A DNA stretch of 59,498 nt from a virus (lineage: Duplodnaviria; Caudoviricetes). The stretch lies in the IMG/VR virus record IMGVR_UViG_3300037071_001110, positions 1 through 59,498 of that record; one strand, written 5' to 3'. Below the pieces are notes generated by a model that saw nothing but the letters and a program-made list of their open reading frames with translations, was not told where the DNA came from and made no database searches. Position numbers and translations under genes: made by a program. Of the stretch, positions 57,699 to 59,498 are shown piece by piece. Position 1 is the first letter of the stretch, and each line of letters begins with the position of its first letter.

Positions 57699-58070
57699 CT
57701 AGACGCGCCAGGCGGTCCAGCTACCGTCCTCAAAGAGCCGTACTGCGTAGCGGGGGTTCCAGGACGCGGTACTGAATCGGACGCAGAGAACGTTGCCGTC
57801 CGGAATCGCGATCTGCCGCGGAACGCAGCGCCAGAACGGGTCGATGGAGTGGCGGGTAGCGTTGGCGACGGAGCGTTGGAGCTTTCGGAGCCAAGCGGCG
57901 TTGTTGAGGCTCTCGGGGAATGGCCCCGGGGTCGGTGCGATCTTGCCCCGGAGGTAGGTCTGGTAGTTTGGGTTGGGTCCGGGTACTGGGCTGTGGTAGT
58001 ACGGGAGGGCAGTCGTCGCCGTTGAGGCGAGGAGCGCCGCTCCCGTCAGTGTGATGGCGAGAGGCTTCAT
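57699..58070 (-). CDS. Exported hypothetical protein
   Basis: Signal peptide MKPLAITLTGAALLASTATTA. Confidence 0.55.
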   Translation of the reverse strand: MKPLAITLTGAALLASTATTALPYYHSPVPGPNPNYQTYLRGKIAPTPGPFPESLNNAAWLRKLQRSVANATRHSIDPFWRCVPRQIAIPDGNVLCVRFSTASWNPRYAVRLFEDGSWTAWRV

Positions 58071-58264
58071 CAGCTAGCGACCTGGTGGCCGCATTCGAGG
58101 CGGTAGAGGATGGAGAGGATGGTCCGCTTGTGCTCGTTGTGCCGGACGGTGTTGAGGAGCCCGTTCGACTCCGTGATGAGGCGCTGCGGCCCCTCGGCGA
58201 GCGGACCGCCGGGCTCGCCATTCTCGTAGTAGCAGCACCGACATTCGATCGTAGTTCCGAGCAT
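58070..58264 (-). CDS. Small hypothetical protein
   Basis: TGATG coupling; LECGH motif. Confidence 0.5.
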   Translation of the reverse strand: MLGTTIECRCCYYENGEPGGPLAEGPQRLITESNGLLNTVRHNEHKRTILSILYRLECGHQVAS

Positions 58265-58366
58265 TTTTCTCTCCGTTCTATGGGGTGGAGGGGAACCGTT
58301 CCCCGCCGAACCCCTAGCGTAGCGCGTTTCAACACGGTTCGGGTACTGCTTTGATTTGAGTTATTT

Positions 58367-58521
58367 TGTAAATGATCTCATGGCTAAGTGTCTGCTATTG
58401 AGGGTTCTGTAGTGAGGTGAATGATCTCATGACCTGGTGTCGCCAATTGGGGGTTTTGTTTTCTTTGGTTTTATTGGTTTTGGGTGAATGATCTCATGGC
58501 TTGGTGTCGCGAATTGAGGGT
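58367..58521. repeat. Three degenerate ~37-bp repeats (GT[GA]AATGATCTCAT-N7-TGTC-N5-TTG[AG]GGGT)
   Basis: Cores at 58372, 58421, 58488; further copies at 57568, 56786, 54154, 42166. Confidence 0.85.
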
Positions 58522-58691
58522 CTTGGGTTGCGCGAGGTTCGGGCGACCTAAGTGCGAAGGTTAGGGGTCCCGTACGAGCTCCGTTCGGGCCGGCGAACGT
58601 CGCCGGCGAGGTCGCCCGAAGTTCGGAAGTTCGGCCGACCGAAGTTCGTACGTTAGGAGCTCCGAACGCCGGCGAGTAGGGACCCCTAAGT

Positions 58692-58720
58692 TCGCGAACC
58701 GTTCGGCTTAACCGTACGCT
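58692..58720 (+). promoter_or_regulatory. SigA-like promoter for ORF 58812
   Basis: TCGCGA-N17-TACGCT, same -35 variant as 53958-53963. Confidence 0.5.
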
Positions 58721-58811
58721 AACCTACGGGCGGTAAAGAGGAGTAGACTTCGGGACGAAGGAAAAAGAGGTCGCGAATCGGTCGCGACCCTACGAACGGA
58801 AGGAAGGTCCT

Positions 58812-59351
58812 ATGTCCGAGAAGATTCCCGCCGCGAAGGTTCGGAAGGCGGTCGCGAACTACGTCGCCGGAGCGAAGCTCGGAGAGGTCGCGAAGCTCCT
58901 CGGGATCGCTCCCGAGAAGGCGGAGCGGGTCCTATGGCGGGCGGAGCCGATCTACGCGGACGGGGCGAAGGTTTCGCCGCTTCCGTTCGACCTCTCTACG
59001 CGGGAGGGTCGCGCGGTCGCCGCGTCGGTCGTTTTCGCGCTTCGCGAGGGTCGGCCGCTTCCCGACGGCTACGTCGGCGGGCGGATCGCGTCGGACGCGA
59101 TCGCGCTCCGATACGAGCGGATCGCGTACCGTACGGGTATCGCGCTCGGGACGGTTCGCGACCTCTACGCGATCGCGCGGGACGGCGGCGCGGAGTCGGA
59201 CGAGAAGGCCGGGAAGCCCCGTCCGGAAGCGGTCGCGTACCGGAGCGACTCGTACGTCGGTCGCGGGAGGCGAGGCGAGACGACGCGCGACCTCCGCGCG
59301 ATTCGCGAGGAGGAGGAGGCGAGCGCAGGGGACGAGGAGGCGACCGCGTAG
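58812..59351 (+). CDS. Tandem HTH-like protein encoded in CpA/TpG-free DNA
   Basis: GGAAGGAAGG RBS; LGEVAKLLGIAPEKA and RYERIAYRTGIALGTVRDL HTH-like segments; acidic tail. Confidence 0.75.
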   Translation: MSEKIPAAKVRKAVANYVAGAKLGEVAKLLGIAPEKAERVLWRAEPIYADGAKVSPLPFDLSTREGRAVAASVVFALREGRPLPDGYVGGRIASDAIALRYERIAYRTGIALGTVRDLYAIARDGGAESDEKAGKPRPEAVAYRSDSYVGRGRRGETTRDLRAIREEEEASAGDEEATA

Positions 59352-59373
59352 CGTTCGCGAACTAGTCGGCCCG

Positions 59374-59402
59374 CGCGGGAGGGTACGGATACCCTTCCCG
59401 CG
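59374..59402 (+). terminator. Stem-loop after ORF 58812
   Basis: CGCGGGA-GGGTA-CGGA-TACCC-T-TCCCGCG; no U-tract. Confidence 0.55.
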
Positions 59403-59459
59403 TAGGGTCCGGCGACCTGTGCCGGCCCGGTAGGAGCGCCTAGGGGACCCGGGTAACGC

Positions 59460-59492
59460 TTTTCCCCCAGTATCGTACGCGAACTGCCTGCA
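59460..59492 (+). repeat. 33-bp terminal direct repeat, right copy
   Basis: Identical to 8-40. Confidence 0.95.
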
Positions 59493-59498
59493 TCTCTC

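Larger units (their letters stand above)
1..59498. mobile_element. Near-complete tailed bacteriophage genome (contractile-tail Caudoviricetes, probably Actinomycetota host)
   Basis: Complete ordered head-tail-lysis arm on +, replication and early arm on -, no cellular housekeeping genes, 33-bp repeat near both ends. Confidence 0.93.

Noticed and set aside
57521-57733. 70-aa ORF on -
   Set aside because: Runs through the AT-rich motif-bearing spacer with atypical codon use; likely non-coding
58367-58521. Possible mini-CRISPR array
   Set aside because: Repeats are degenerate, spacers are unequal (about 10 and 28 bp) and low-complexity, and no cas operon is present
58554-59418. TG/CA depletion as a by-product of high GC or 5mC deamination
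   Set aside because: Other GC-rich genes here are full of CA/TG, and deamination of methylated CpG would increase TG/CA rather than remove it
1-59498. Integrated prophage with lysogeny module
   Set aside because: No integrase, repressor or host genes recognised

Overview
The window looks like one essentially complete, GC-rich tailed phage genome of about 59.5 kb, with a 33-bp direct repeat near both ends. It has a contractile (myovirus-type) tail and an Actinomycetota-like gene content; the host is inferred, not shown. The + arm (0.4-31.5 kb) holds a RuvC-like resolvase, terminase, portal fused to a MuF-like domain, an overprinted C5 methyltransferase pair, head, sheath/tube, a frameshifting chaperone, tape measure, baseplate and fibres. 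It ends with collagen-like exported proteins, a CHAP endolysin and an HNH gene. The - arm (31.8-58.3 kb) holds a divergent ThyX, DnaE, an Nmad1/MazG-like protein, a HAD phosphatase, an FAD oxidoreductase, a primase-MCM-like helicase fusion, SSB, AAA ATPase, PD-(D/E)XK exonuclease, SNF2 helicase, an atypical tRNA and many small early genes, many with their own promoter. No integrase or repressor was recognised. The strongest unexplained signal is an ~865-bp terminal block (58554-59418) with its own promoter, gene and hairpin, in which CpA/TpG dinucleotides are almost absent (3 counted by eye). About 14 SigA-like promoters also never use TTGACA, and the genome carries a nucleotide-modification-like enzyme cassette. 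Together these suggest, as inference, a TpG/CpA-context DNA modification or anti-restriction system. Other notable items are a two-copy ~170-bp palindromic element heading both arms, a dispersed ATGATCTCAT-N7/9-TGTC motif, and a terminase small subunit that appears to start at ATC. All protein calls come from motif recognition by eye, not from database searches.
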